A DNA stretch of 62,974 bases, counting the filler, from Octopus bimaculoides (taxonomy: Eukaryota), in the NCBI RefSeq assembly GCF_001194135.2. It is 6 parts of 5 records of this genome, joined end to end, with 100 filler letters (N's around TTAATTAATTAA, not from the genome) between each part and the next. Parts side by side here need not be neighbours in the genome. Positions count along the whole stretch, not along the records: positions 34,203 to 51,441 come from NC_069010.1; positions 51,542 to 58,412 come from NC_069007.1; positions 58,513 to 62,974 come from NC_068994.1; 3 more parts are not named here. The stretch is one strand, 5' to 3'. Each line of letters starts with the position of its first letter. The stretch's first letter is position 1. The notes beneath the pieces were generated by a model. That model was not told the DNA's origin. It ran no database searches and saw only the letters and a program-made list of their open reading frames with translations. Position numbers and translations under genes: made by a program. Below, one piece after another: positions 47,890 to 60,184 of this stretch.

Positions 47890-48286
47890 ATCGGTGATGT
47901 TAAAAATGTAAACTTTCCCTCAGGGAAATGTATGGGAACCTGCTTAAACGTAAGACATTATAACCGAGTATGAGAACTATAGTTGGATAAGGTTATAACG
48001 TAATTCATTTGAAAAAACCGTTGGAGATTCCTTGTTAAATGTTGTTGGTAATAAATAGCAATGAGTTGATTGAAATTTCAGTGGATCAACATGATTTCCG
48101 AGCATTGTGTTTTATCATCGAAAAGTTTATGTTCAAATATCAGACGATTGGTTTGATCTAGTTTCCGCCATGTTTATAAATACACATAATTAACAGGAGT
48201 CGAGAGAATGGCCTACATACCAACCTACATGCACACATATATATAAAGATTCCTGTGTGTGTATGCGTATGTGCTTACATAAACAT

Positions 48287-48318
<32 letters not shown>

Positions 48319-48774
48319 TGTTATTACTTATTATATCCTTATGACAACGGAGTTATCAGAAGGAATAATATCCACAACAATTCCATTCAGATATTTCTGA
48401 TGATTGCTGCATTTGCCTCTGTATTTCTATCACGAAACTATTTGGTAATTTGGTTATCTAGGGACTATAATATTCTTTCTACGATAAGCACAAGGCCTGC
48501 AATTTTGTGGCTGGGGGCTTGTCGATTACATCCACCTTATTGCTCGGCTGGTACTTAATTCATCGACCCCGAAATGATGAAAGGCAAAGTCGTCCTCGAA
48601 ATTTGGAACTCATAACATGAAAACAGAACACCCTGTAACTATAGAGTCGATTGATACACAGTATTACTATATCGCAAGGTTTTGTGATTTGCCAATCTGA
48701 CAGAAACGGGTTGATTCAATATGTATGATATCCCCATTCTTCTGTGTTAATATATATATGTTTACATATACACG

Positions 48775-48836
<62 letters not shown>

Positions 48837-49130
48837 TATATACATTTGTGTGTGTGGAGATGTAAAGAAAGAACGAGAGGNNNNNNNNNNCACACACACA
48901 CACACATGTATATATACATTTGTGTGTGTGGAGATGTAAAGAAAGAACGAGAGGGAAATTTAACACAATCCTATCCCTATTAAAGCTTAACCACACTGCT
49001 TGGAATGGGGAACATTTTAAGGGAGATAAATAGTAGTAAAACTAACAACGTTTGCGCAGTATTAGAGGTTGGGAGGTATACAAGCAGATCTATTTAAAAA
49101 TTGTATTTATCATAACATGATAGAATTCCA
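47890..49130 (+). pseudogene. Decayed LRR-coding stretches interrupted by repeats
   Basis: RNSFEK; LNVVGNK*Q*VD*NFSGST; QISDDWFDLVS; LEWGTF*G; IQADLFKN; YHNMIEF. Confidence 0.4.
48470..48620 (-). mobile_element. SINE family B
   Basis: GGTACTTAATTCATCGACCCCGAAATGATGAAAGGCAAAGTCG is the reverse complement of the core. Confidence 0.75.
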
Positions 49131-50205
49131 TTACGATGTTGCAAAATTCCTAAAAGGTTCAGAATATTCTCTTCTGAAAATCATTTTCTATAAAGGACGT
49201 GTCAAGGAATAAAATATTTCCAATACCTACAATTTCAGATATATCTACTATAATTTCCAGTCATATTTAGAATGCTTATCCAGCTAAATCTTTCATGTCA
49301 AATATAAGTGGTATTTTGCTCAGCAATATTTCGCAGCTTCGCAATACCTAGCGACTTTCGCCACAACAGTTATGTGACAATACCGTTTGCCAGTTATTGC
49401 TAGTATGTCACTTATATCTTGGAGCTGGTAATCTATGTATTGCAGGTTAGCTACATATAGTAGATTTATCCATATCTTGTATGTCATCTCTTCAAACATA
49501 TCATCTATATCTATCATAGTATGTCATCTGTCCAGTGTATCATCTATATCTTGTATAACCTCTAAGTCTAGTACGCCATTTATATATTGTATATCATCTA
49601 TATATTGTATGCCATCTCTTTCTCCTCTGTCAGCTGTATGTAATCTGTTTGCCCAATACATTTTATCATATCATGTTTGTCTAATGATACAAATTTATAT
49701 CTAGAATATCATCTAAAGATTCTCGAACCACATCCTACCTAATTTTATTTGATATCTGTTATTTCTAATTGTCATTTTCTCATTTCTCCTCTCTAATAAA
49801 TCTACTGTAGTATCTAGTACAGAGTGGTGGGAATGGCTTACATTCATACCCACCTCTCTCTCTCTCTCTCTCTCTCTGTAACTCTAACTTTATTTCTTTC
49901 TACTACCATATTCATGCTTGAATTTGTATGAAGATGTCTATGATTGCATGTGAAGGTGCAATAAGACAAGGGTAAATCTTCCCTTATTCATCTTCCCTCT
50001 CATTTCTACTCAGGCATAAGACTATTGAACTGAGATGTTTTTGGCTTTAGCGATTACCTGATGACCTCCTTATCAGTGGATTATTTGGTCTTGGTCAATA
50101 CACAGCGAATGAGACAGACCCAAAGACATACAGAAATATTAAAATGTATTGAAATGAAAATGAAATAATTATCTTCTATCACATGACTTATAAACTCAAC
50201 GAAGG

Positions 50206-50269
<64 letters not shown>

Positions 50270-50460
50270 GGCACACCGGGCAAAATGCTTACCGATAATT
50301 CGTCTATCTTCACTTTATTATTTCAAATGCCACCGAGGTCGATTTTGTCTTTCGTCCTTTCAGCGTCGCTTAAATAAGTACCAGTTACGCACTGGGGTCG
50401 ATCAAATCGACTTAGTCCCTTCTCCCAAATTTGAGGTCTTGTGCTTCCATTAGAAATGAT
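50270..50460 (+). mobile_element. SINE family B between (ATT)n tracts
   Basis: CACCGGGCAAAATGCTTA...CCGAGGTCGATTTTGTCTTTCGTCCTTTC...AAGTACCAGTT. Confidence 0.8.
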
Positions 50461-50495
50461 TATTATTATCATTATTATTATTATTATCATTATTA

Positions 50496-50554
<59 letters not shown>

Positions 50555-51090
50555 GAGTGAGAGAGCTGTGCATGCCATCAGAGTGACATTGGGGTAAAAT
50601 ATACGAAGCCCAGTATATACCCATAATGACTACCCGTCTGATAAGGGTGCACCAGGCACATGCATCGCAACCATGTGTGCGCGACATGGTGATCTCATAT
50701 CAAGATAAACAGCACATGACCTTGCAGGTGGGGCCCAGTTAGAATTTCTTTGAGGTCGAGTAGCCCATCCCGCTCAAAAGGTCCCTGAATAAGAGTTGTT
50801 TAAGGATGTTGAACGAAACACCCATGTTTCCAGAGGTGAAATATTCAAACCCCAAAGAATCTCTCTCAACACATAGCTATGGTGCTCCCCATAACTTCTG
50901 CTCATGATCAGAGATGCACATATCATCAGCCATCAAGGGAATGCTCAACTGGATATGGTCGAATAACTGACAAGCAAATCTGTGTTATTAAGCAGAATAT
51001 TTACTGTAGCTCATCTTTTATACCAAGACAAAACAATGTACATGATAACACTTCCAATCAATTAAGATCAGAAGCCTGGTACTGCATCAG
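50555..51090 (-). mobile_element. Element X, second and longer copy, between (TAA)n tracts
   Basis: Aligns with 1430-1886 and extends ~70 bp further. Confidence 0.7.
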
Positions 51091-51093
51091 TTA

Positions 51094-51146
<53 letters not shown>

Positions 51147-51441
51147 GTTCATTAATTTTATTTTTATAACGTGCTTTCACTTCACTACCGAGCGCAGCTC
51201 TGTGCGCCTTGGGTACGTGCTGTGGTTTGCTGTGTTGTTCTTATGGTTACTGTATTGAAAATCTTTTGCGTAGGATGTGTGCAGTGCCCAGTAGTGCAAT
51301 TTTCTGTATGTTATATATATTTGTAAGTCCTTGTGTTTTTGTTATGTATTTGTCTGAATATTTTTTTATTATACCTAAGGCACCTACTATGATAGGAATT
51401 GTTTCTGTGTTTAGATTCCACATTCGAGTTACCTCTATTTC
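51147..51441 (-). mobile_element. Dong/R4-clade LINE 3' end: restriction-like endonuclease C-terminus, UTR, (TAA)n
   Basis: Minus 51441-51247: EIEVTRMWNLNTETIPIIVGALGIIKK...IQKIALLGTAHILRKRFSIQ*, open up to the gap; 100-bp UTR, then (TAA)n. Confidence 0.85.
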
Positions 51442-51724
51442 NNNNNNNNNNNNNNNNNNNNNNNNNNNNNNNNNNNNNNNNNNNNTTAATTAATTAANNN
51501 NNNNNNNNNNNNNNNNNNNNNNNNNNNNNNNNNNNNNNNNNCTCCTCCTCCTCATCTTCTTTCTCCTGCCCATTTTCTTCTTACAGTTCATCTTCTTCCT
51601 CCTCATGTTTTCCTTCCTACTTCTCCTCTTCTTCTTCCTCCCCTTCTGTTAACCGTTTCTCTCTAATTAGACGAAGCTTTGAAATATTTTGCAACACATG
51701 AGTCTGGATCGAACCTGCGATTAG

Positions 51725-52460
51725 GTCGAAAGCCTACGCGTTACTGGGTCTCTTTAATCAGAACCGAACTGATGCTCTACAACAAATCTATAACGGCAAT
51801 TACTACAAACTGCGACATCAACACAGCCACCTACTCTATCATAACTCTACGATCACCACCACTTATATTACCGCAACCACCACCACCAACAGCAATATGA
51901 GTCCAGGCGACATGGTGCTTCAAACTAGCCGCTCGACCTGATAGAACTAACAATGAAATCTCCATTAAATCAGGCCCAATGACTGATGGGTTACTAAATA
52001 TATTTTTGGTCTATAAAGAAAAAAAAATATATCATACACACATATACAAAAAAAAAAACATGGCAGTCATGCCTGGGTTACATTTTGAAAATACATTTTG
52101 CTTCGATTTGAACAGAACTGACCTGCGGCTAAATTCAATCTACACAAGAACAAGAACAAAGACAGTAGCAATAAAAGAAACAACATCAAAAATGCCAACA
52201 ACAACAACAGTAGCAACAGCAACATCTACAGTGACTTCAGCAACAGTAATGAGCGCATCTCTACCAGCAAGAAGAACAACACCAGCAACAAATCCTAACT
52301 TTTGCAGAGTTTCAATTACCACAACCGCTATTACAACAATCATTTCAAATAACGATAAACCGTTTGACGTCACATTATTAAGGTGTTAAATAGAAAACAA
52401 CGCGAAAGTTACTTACCGCCATTTCAGAGTCTAAAATTGGCATCTAGATAGTAGAGAAGA
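51725..52460 (+). pseudogene. Decayed LRR-coding stretches
   Basis: LLGLFNQ; ELMLYNKSITAITTN; ENTFCFDL; DLRLNSI; LLRC*IENNAKVTYRHFRV*, where two TAA fall at Leu positions (TTA>TAA). Confidence 0.45.
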
Positions 52461-53830
52461 AAAATGGTATAACATTATTGAAAAGTATTTTAGCCGTGCT
52501 GCTTCAATAAGATTTTATGCTTCAGTGGTAAATATGATGGATGTCTTTTAAGTACGTACACTTACGCACACAGTTTGAATTCGAAGAAAGGCACATACAT
52601 ACGCATAGTTACTCTCACTCTAACAAATACGTGCATCTGCGTGGAGGCATAAGCGGTACACCTACCACACCACACCACACCACACCACACCACACCACAC
52701 CACACCACACCACAGACCACGCACACACTTACACACACACAAGCGCGCATGCATTTATGTACTTACGTTTATATAGACATTCATCTACACGTACATATAT
52801 CAACGTACATTATACAACATGTAGAATGTTAAAATAGATTGATAGATGATGGGTATGTGCTAGTGAAGTATGTATATATACATGTACGTATGTATATATA
52901 TANNNNNNNNNNNNNNNNNNNNNNNNNNNNNNNNNNNNNNNNNNNNNNNNNNNNNNNNNNNNNNNNNNNNNNNNNNNNNNNNNNNNNNNNNNNNNNNNNN
53001 NNNNNNNNNNNNNNNNNNNNNNNNNNNNNNNNNNNNNNNNNNNNNNNNNNNNNNNNNNNNNNNNNNNNNNNNNNNNNNNNNNNNNNNNNNNNNNNNNNNN
53101 NNNNNNNNNNNNNNNNNNNNNNNNNNNNNNNNNNNNNNNNNNNNNNNNNNNNNNNNNNNNNNNNNNNNNNNNNNNNNNNNNNNNNNNNNNNNNNNNNNNN
53201 NNNNNNNNNNNNNNNNNNNNNNNNNNNNNNNNNNNNNNNNNNNNNNNNNNNNNNNNNNNNNNNNNNNNNNNNNNNNNNNNNNNNNNNNNNNNNNNNNNNN
53301 NNNNNNNNNNNNNNNNNNNNNNNNNNNNNNNNNNNNNNNNNNNNNNNNNNNNNNNNNNNNNNNNNNNNNNNNNNNNNNNNNNNNNNNNNNNNNNNNNNNN
53401 NNNNNNNNNNNNNNNNNNNNNNNNNNNNNNNNNNNNNNNNNNNNNNNNNNNNNNNNNNNNNNNNNNNNNNNNNNNNNNNNNNNNNNNNNNNNNNNNNNNN
53501 NNNNNNNNNNNNNNNNNNNNNNNNNNNNNNNNNNNNNNNNNNNNNNNNNNNNNNNNNNNNNNNNNNNNNNNNNNNNNNNNNNNNNNNNNNNNNNNNNNNN
53601 NNNNNNNNNNNNNNNNNNNNNNNNNNNNNNNNNNNNNNNNNNNNNNNNNNNNNNNNNNNNNNNNNNNNNNNNNNNNNNNNNNNNNNNNNNNNNNNNNGAA
53701 GCTGAGGCATCGCTCTAAATATATTCGCAGCTAATTTCGTCTTGTTAAGAAGAGCCTGTCCTCGTGTGACATGCCCAATTTCTTAAATATATAAACGGAG
53801 ATTACAGATGCAGGAAGACGTAAGATGAGA

Positions 53831-53916
<86 letters not shown>

Positions 53917-55609
53917 GATGTTGACAACGGCGACAACAGCGATGATGATAACGATGATGACGATGATGACGATAATATTGGTGGTGATGATATTGATAAT
54001 GATGATGACGACGACGAAAATGTGAATGATGATGGTGACGGATGTCTTCACCGTTTCTGTTGTACCAACAACACAAGCGGCGAGAAATGACTGTGAAAAC
54101 ACCCGGAAGTTGCATCGCATTATAGATCTACGACGGCGAACGAGAGATCTTATTTGATTGTCACGAATATTTTAAAGGAACGGTTATTAGTATGGTTTCA
54201 AGGTAATCTATGGAACACTGTAGAACAAAGAAATGGAATGGTAAAAAACGAAAACATAAGCAAAAATAAAGGAATTGAAATGGTAAAAAAATAAATATAT
54301 AAAAGAATGTATGGAGGTAAGAAATTGCAATCAATAAAAAAGATGTCTAAATTTTTTGAGGAATTTTTCTGAAGATGCCTTCCACAGGCACTGCCAAATC
54401 GACACCACCGCCCTCAATGAATTATGTGCATTGTGAATATGTTTTATCGCGTGTCACAGTGAATGACTATCTGGGCCCCTTCTGAGTTTGCAAAAAACAT
54501 GCAGTATATCGAGGTTTAGAAAATAATGCCGCTATAGATCACGTAGATACCGGTTTGCGGTTCAAACATGACAGGAATTACATAAACTGAACCTGTTGTT
54601 CATTGGATGGTCTAAATGTGCGTGTGTACGTTTTATGTGTGTACGCAGTGAAATGCGTGTATGGGTGTGTGGGATGTGGAGGAGTGGGGAGTGTGTTTAG
54701 ATTCTATGTTGATTTAGGAGATTAAGATTGGCAGTGGGCTGCAGTGGATTGAGTAATTTTCCACTTTTGTACACCTTATATATCGGAATGCTTGAGATTA
54801 ATTTTGATAGTTGAGGGACGTGAGGTTAAGAGAGAAATATATAAAAATAAAATATTGCTGTTTCTCTTCAACTTTACGCAAAAACGCAATTCCGATTATT
54901 AGGAATATACAAAAAAAAAAATAAAATAAAGAAAAGAAGAAAAATAATATAGAATAGAATAAAGGATAACATCTACCTAACATATTTCTGGCTAAAATCT
55001 AAATTTATTTGTTTATTGTAAGGTAAAAGAGATGGAAAACATAAATAAAATTGCTCAAATTGTATCAGAAAAAAGTTGATAAACAACCATTATTGGTTTG
55101 GTTTCGGGTTAATGGCTAAATGCATCAAAATAAGAGGTAACAGTTTGTATAATGAAGACCTGTGCCGAAATTTGAAACTAGTATTTTGTAAAATTAAGGC
55201 GGTTGGTGGACAGAATCGTTGGCAAGGTGTTGAGTTGCATTTCGTCCGTCTTTACATTCGGAGTTCAAATCCCACTGAAGCTAACTTGACCTTTCATTCT
55301 TTCGCAGTCGATGAAATAAGTGCTAGTCAATGTTGTATTCAATTCCTACCTGCTCCCATCGTACTTGCGTATAAGAACGGCGTTAGGACAGTGCTATACT
55401 GAGAGTCTGGCGCGTATGGGGTTCTCTAGCTTTCTTCGGAATACATCCTTTCTAGACTTAAATACCATCCGTCTTGACCGTATTCTGTTTTTGAAATTTC
55501 AGCATCCATATCTCAGCGCATTGTTGTTCTTGGCATCCTCTTGTCTCGGGAAACAATGGAGTTGCGCATAAACTAATCCAGTCTGGTTTTTACATTTCAT
55601 GTCCTCTCG

Positions 55610-55950
55610 TTCTTTTTTTTTTCACTTGTTGGAGCATCGCTTTGAAGTGTTTTATTTTTCGAACAATTCGATTCCAAGTTCTTTGACAAACCGCTAAGTT
55701 ACTCATACGTAAATTCAGCAACATTAGTTGTGAAGCGATGATGGAGGACAAAAGCAAAAATGAAGACACACACACATAGACACACATACGCGCATATGTC
55801 AATACATATACGAGGGGCTTCTTTCAGTTTCCGTCTACCAAATCCACTCACAAGTTTTTGGTCGGCATGACGCTATATTAGAAAACACTCCTTCAAGGTT
55901 CCACGCAGTGGGACTGAACCAGGTACCATGTGGTTGGGATGTAAGGTTCT
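55610..55950 (-). mobile_element. SINE family A (SINE B at 55195-55335, +)
   Basis: Family sequence on the minus strand including GGGACTGAACC. Confidence 0.8.
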
Positions 55951-56449
55951 ATACAACTGTAAATTCCGGAGGCACGTGAAACGAACTTAACACTTCCGGC
56001 TGAAGTGTTAGATTTGTCTGACGCACCTACGAAATTTGAAGCTGCACGGAACCGAAACAAACTATTATTAAACAGTGTATTAAACTCCTACGTAATGCAT
56101 TGAATGTCACTTTCGTTTGTGCATACATATGTCAGTGCCTATCTAAATTCGTTCGCATTCAAGGAAGAAAAAAAAAACCTCAATTCTTTTTAATTCGTCT
56201 TCTGCACTGAGTCAATATTCTCAATTCAGCAACATTTAGATTGCTTAACCTCCGCAGTTAGTAAAACGCTATGTGGTGATCATAATTGTGAGCAGCAATC
56301 CATAGGGCTGAGAATAACTTTCCTCCACAGTTTCATGCTTCTTTCTTCCTTGTTCCAAATATCCAGTCAATCTGGCGCCTGCGTATTTATACAGAAGTGA
56401 TATAACTTATTGAAGATAGAAACTGCAATTCTCAATAGGGTAAAAGGAT

Positions 56450-57300
56450 TTTTTTCTTCTTTTCCTTGTGAGAGGAATTCAAATTCATTAAAAATACGTA
56501 TTCATAAGTTCAGAACTGAAGTAAATTATTACCTCCTGCCACACCGATTTATCTCTGCTTTTAAAATAGAGTAAATTCTTTAAAAAATCTGTGACATGGT
56601 AACTACATTACAGTTGTAGATGATGTGGCTACTGCTAGAAACGTGTTATTTACTATAACATCAGATAGAAATTTCATGGGTAAATTCCCCTCAAATTGCA
56701 TTGCAAAAATGGGTGTTTTGTTACCGAATTGTGCTTGTAAGTGTAGTTGTTCAGACTCAAGGGAGTTCTAAAGGAGAAGGCTTATCATCAGTGGCAGTGT
56801 AATCGTGCCTATCCAGGCAGCGCATCATATTTTCCTAAATTATGTTTTGAATAAGATTGGCAAACACTGAACTCTTCAGTTCCATTCAGCATCCGTTCTT
56901 TGTGCAACATGTGGTCGAGAACATTTTTCATAAACAAAATCCAGCTGGAGGACATAATTTGGAGTTCCTACAATTACAAGTTTTTGCATTCCTATCTTTA
57001 ATTTTAGTCGGATTTTTTAAGGTTGTATCGACTTTGCCGATGTTTAGTTGGGATTTAGATAGACTTATATTTTTTGTTTTATTGACTTGATTTGGATTTA
57101 AATGGGGTACTTTACGTTGATCTAAGATTTTAGTCATTTGAAGTTGGAAGTTATTTCTATATGTGGAGGCGATTATAGATCCCAAATTCGGCATGGTAGA
57201 GTAAGATAATTTTATAGTGTTTATTAAATATGGGGTAATATTTGTGGCGTTTAGGAAAATATAAATTGCTTAATGAACAGTTTTGGTACATTTTTGACTC
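56450..57300 (-). mobile_element. Penelope-like element fragment (RT-to-GIY-YIG linker)
   Basis: YFPKRHKYYPIFNKH, MPNLGSIIAS and KTCNCRNSKLCPPAGFCL are PLE linker-type motifs (CNCR..CPLxGxCL); left limit uncertain. Confidence 0.7.
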
Positions 57301-58159
57301 AGAGAAGTTTGTATATGTTTGTCTTTACATATACGTATATGTCCATAAATATTTTTTAATATTTATATATTTTTCTATTTTATATGTAATTTTATATGCT
57401 TATTTAATATATCAATATATCTTTTTGGATAATTTTTATCTTAATTAAATCCGTATACATATGTGTTCATTATAGCTGTAAAAGTGTTAGTCCTGGGGTG
57501 AATTCGTTGCAGAAAATACCTCCAAAGCAGTACCCTATCCTGGCCGCACTCTACAGACGAAAACTTGGGGAACATAAAAGGAATGAAATATAACAACGCT
57601 TTTTTAAAAGCAACAATGTCTGATCTGAGATGATTTAGCTTGTATTTCTAGTTGGTCAATCGGACATGGAGAGGTACCTATACTTTTCTATTCTTGACGT
57701 GTCACTATATCATTAGTTATTCCGTCGTTGACGACAATGACCGAGGGGATCATCGAGAGAAGGTGGAACATAGTGGACCACTACGTGGTTAAACAATCCA
57801 ACGTCACTATAGCGATCGGCTGGCACGTTTGCGACACAAATGATAGTGAGATGCTAAAAGGAGAATGCTTGACTTTCACGTGTACGCCAACCTCATCGCA
57901 GTAAATTACACTCGCGAGAGTTAAGCCTGTTACTAAATCACTATATTAACTTTCATCTAATAATGTAATAAACACCGAAATGTTGCAATAATATATCTGG
58001 GCAAGCGAAAATAGGGTGTGCGATTAGAAGATTGGCCGCCTATAAAGATACATAACTAGTAATATACAAACAAGTTCATAGATATACCCTATGAAATATA
58101 TGAAGACGAATGAATATATCTCCATAAATATATCTAATAACGTAAGCATCATTTTATTT

Positions 58160-58205
<46 letters not shown>

Positions 58206-58512
58206 CATACATCCATCTATTTATGCATCCACTCCAATCTCTGCATCTATCAAAATATATACTTACACACACACGCCCTCTCTGTCTGTTGACTGGTTGT
58301 CTCTCTCTCTCTTTCACTCTCTCACTCTCTTTCTCTCGCTCTCTCTGTCCATATATATATATATGCACACACACATATATAAATATAAGTTTATAAATGT
58401 ATACATACATATNNNNNNNNNNNNNNNNNNNNNNNNNNNNNNNNNNNNNNNNNNNNTTAATTAATTAANNNNNNNNNNNNNNNNNNNNNNNNNNNNNNNN
58501 NNNNNNNNNNNN

Positions 58513-58545
<33 letters not shown>

Positions 58546-58624
58546 TGGCTGAAGATTAACATCACGCTTTGAAATTTAAAGAACAGAACTAAAGGAATAT
58601 GAATCAAACTGTTTTGATCCATAT

Positions 58625-58840
58625 GTATGTGTGTGTGTGTTTCCCCCACACTGCCACCTGACAACCAGTGTTGGTTTGTTTACATCATAATTTTGCAGTT
58701 CAGTAAAAAAAAAGTCCAATAGAGTCAGTACCAGATTTAATAAAACAAATAAGAATTTAGGTCGATTTGTTAAATTAAACTTTCCAAGATGGTGCCCCAG
58801 CATGGCCACATTCCAATGACTGAAACAAAAAATTATAAAG
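58625..58840 (+). mobile_element. SINE family A, 3' half
   Basis: GACAACCAGTGTTGGTTTGTTTAC...GGTGCCCCAGCATGGCC...TGACTGAAACAAAA. Confidence 0.75.
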
Positions 58841-59094
58841 CCAAAACTCAAAAGACCACAATATTGAAAATAGAAATAATGAAATAAAAAATGTCTATAG
58901 GTAAATCAGAACACAAAGGGGTAAATGTCTTTGATGTTTTCTCTGCAGAGTTTCCAAAAGATGGTAAAAGAATCATCGTAAGATCACAAATTTACCTCAA
59001 ACCTGTCATAAATGCTTGCAATGGGGTATATTCTATCTGCAAAAAATACCTAAGGACATCAGGTGATGGGGTTATGAAAACAAATTTAGATTTT

Positions 59095-59530
59095 TACAGG
59101 GCTGTGTGACAAGAAGCTTGCCACCCAATCACATGGTTCTGGGTTCAGTCCCACTGCATGGCACCTTGGGCTAGTGTCTTCTACTGTAGCCTTGGACTGA
59201 CCAAAGCCTTGTGAGTGGATTTGGTAGACAGAAGCCAGAAGAAGCCCAACGTATATATATATATATATATATATCTGTGTATGTATGTGTGTGTGTCTTT
59301 GAGTCTGTGTTTGTATCCTGCTGCCAGTGCTTGACAACCAGTGTTGGTATGTTTATGTCTCCATAACTGAGCAGTTTGGCAAAAGAGACCAATAGAATAA
59401 GTGCCAGGCTTACAAAAAAAAAAAAAAGACACTAGATACAAGGGTTGAGTCACTCGACTAAAAATTCTTTGGGGCAATGTCCCAGCATCGACGCAGTCTA
59501 ATGACTGAAACATATAAAAAGCGAGAAAAA
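59095..59530 (+). mobile_element. SINE family A, full length
   Basis: Head GCTGTGTGACAAGAAGCTTGCC...GGGTTCAGTCCC; tail TAATGACTGAAAC. Confidence 0.85.
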
Positions 59531-59756
59531 ACAAAAACAAATTTCATTATTAAATTTGAACAAAGCCAACAGCTTTAATTAGTGCTCAGAGTTCTGGCTT
59601 TTTCTGCTTGATGAGACACAACATGTCGAAACAACAGCATCACAATGTGCCAATGAGCCAAGAGTGTTGAACACACTGTCATCATAAAAGTGAGAAGTTA
59701 TTCTTCTATGATGTACACTACAGCAACTAGCATACAGTTCTATATTTAATTGCCCA

Positions 59757-59827
59757 CGGGCATATGGCGTAGTGGTTTAGAGCGCGGGCTACTAACCTCA
59801 AGATTCCAAGTTCGATTCCAGGCAGTG

Positions 59828-59863
<36 letters not shown>

Positions 59864-60005
59864 TTGAAAAATACCTTAGGAATAGGAACCCAGTTTTGGA
59901 ATTTCCCCAAGACACCCGATGAAGGCTGGAGGGTATATCAGCTGAAACGTGTTAACAAGAAACAAGACGAGGACAAATATCTGTCAAATGTAAATAATGT
60001 AAATA
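59757..60005 (+). mobile_element. tRNA-derived SINE, family D, with (AAT)n spacer and hammerhead-like 3' module
   Basis: GGGCATATGGCGTAGTGG (A box), AGTTCGATTCC (B box), then GACAC-CCGATGA-A-GGCTG...CAGCT-GAAAC-GTGTT at 59911-59953. Confidence 0.75.
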
Positions 60006-60184
60006 GCGACTAGCATATTTTGCATCTGAACCTGCTTAGACATGTGAAGAATAAATATGCATATAATTGTTCCAGATCTCCCTGTATGTGGTGCAAAGAA
60101 GGATTTTTTTATAATGATTTTTTTAGATTTTGTATTTGTTTTATCTAAATGTAAACTTTTTTAGTGTATTAAAAAAGTGAAAAA

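Larger units (their letters stand above)
54340..58060 (+). pseudogene. Scattered decayed LRR-coding segments between SINEs and a PLE fragment
   Basis: NFLRNFSEDAFH (~54350); NKIAQIVSE..IGLVS and KIRGNSL (55030-55180); LDLNTIRLDRILFLKF (~55450); NEL-TLPAEV (~55980); EKVEHSG-LRG (~57750). Confidence 0.4.

Noticed and set aside
48817-48954. ~64-bp direct duplication
   Set aside because: Same 10-N overlap artefact.
54369-54400. Hammerhead at CTGAAGA-T-GCCT/AGGC
   Set aside because: No GAAA after helix II; equally explained as LRR-like codons SEDAFH.
55988-56010. 9-bp hairpin TAACACTTC/GAAGTGTTA as a terminator or element end
   Set aside because: No U-tract or repeat context; overlaps an LRR-like remnant and may be chance.
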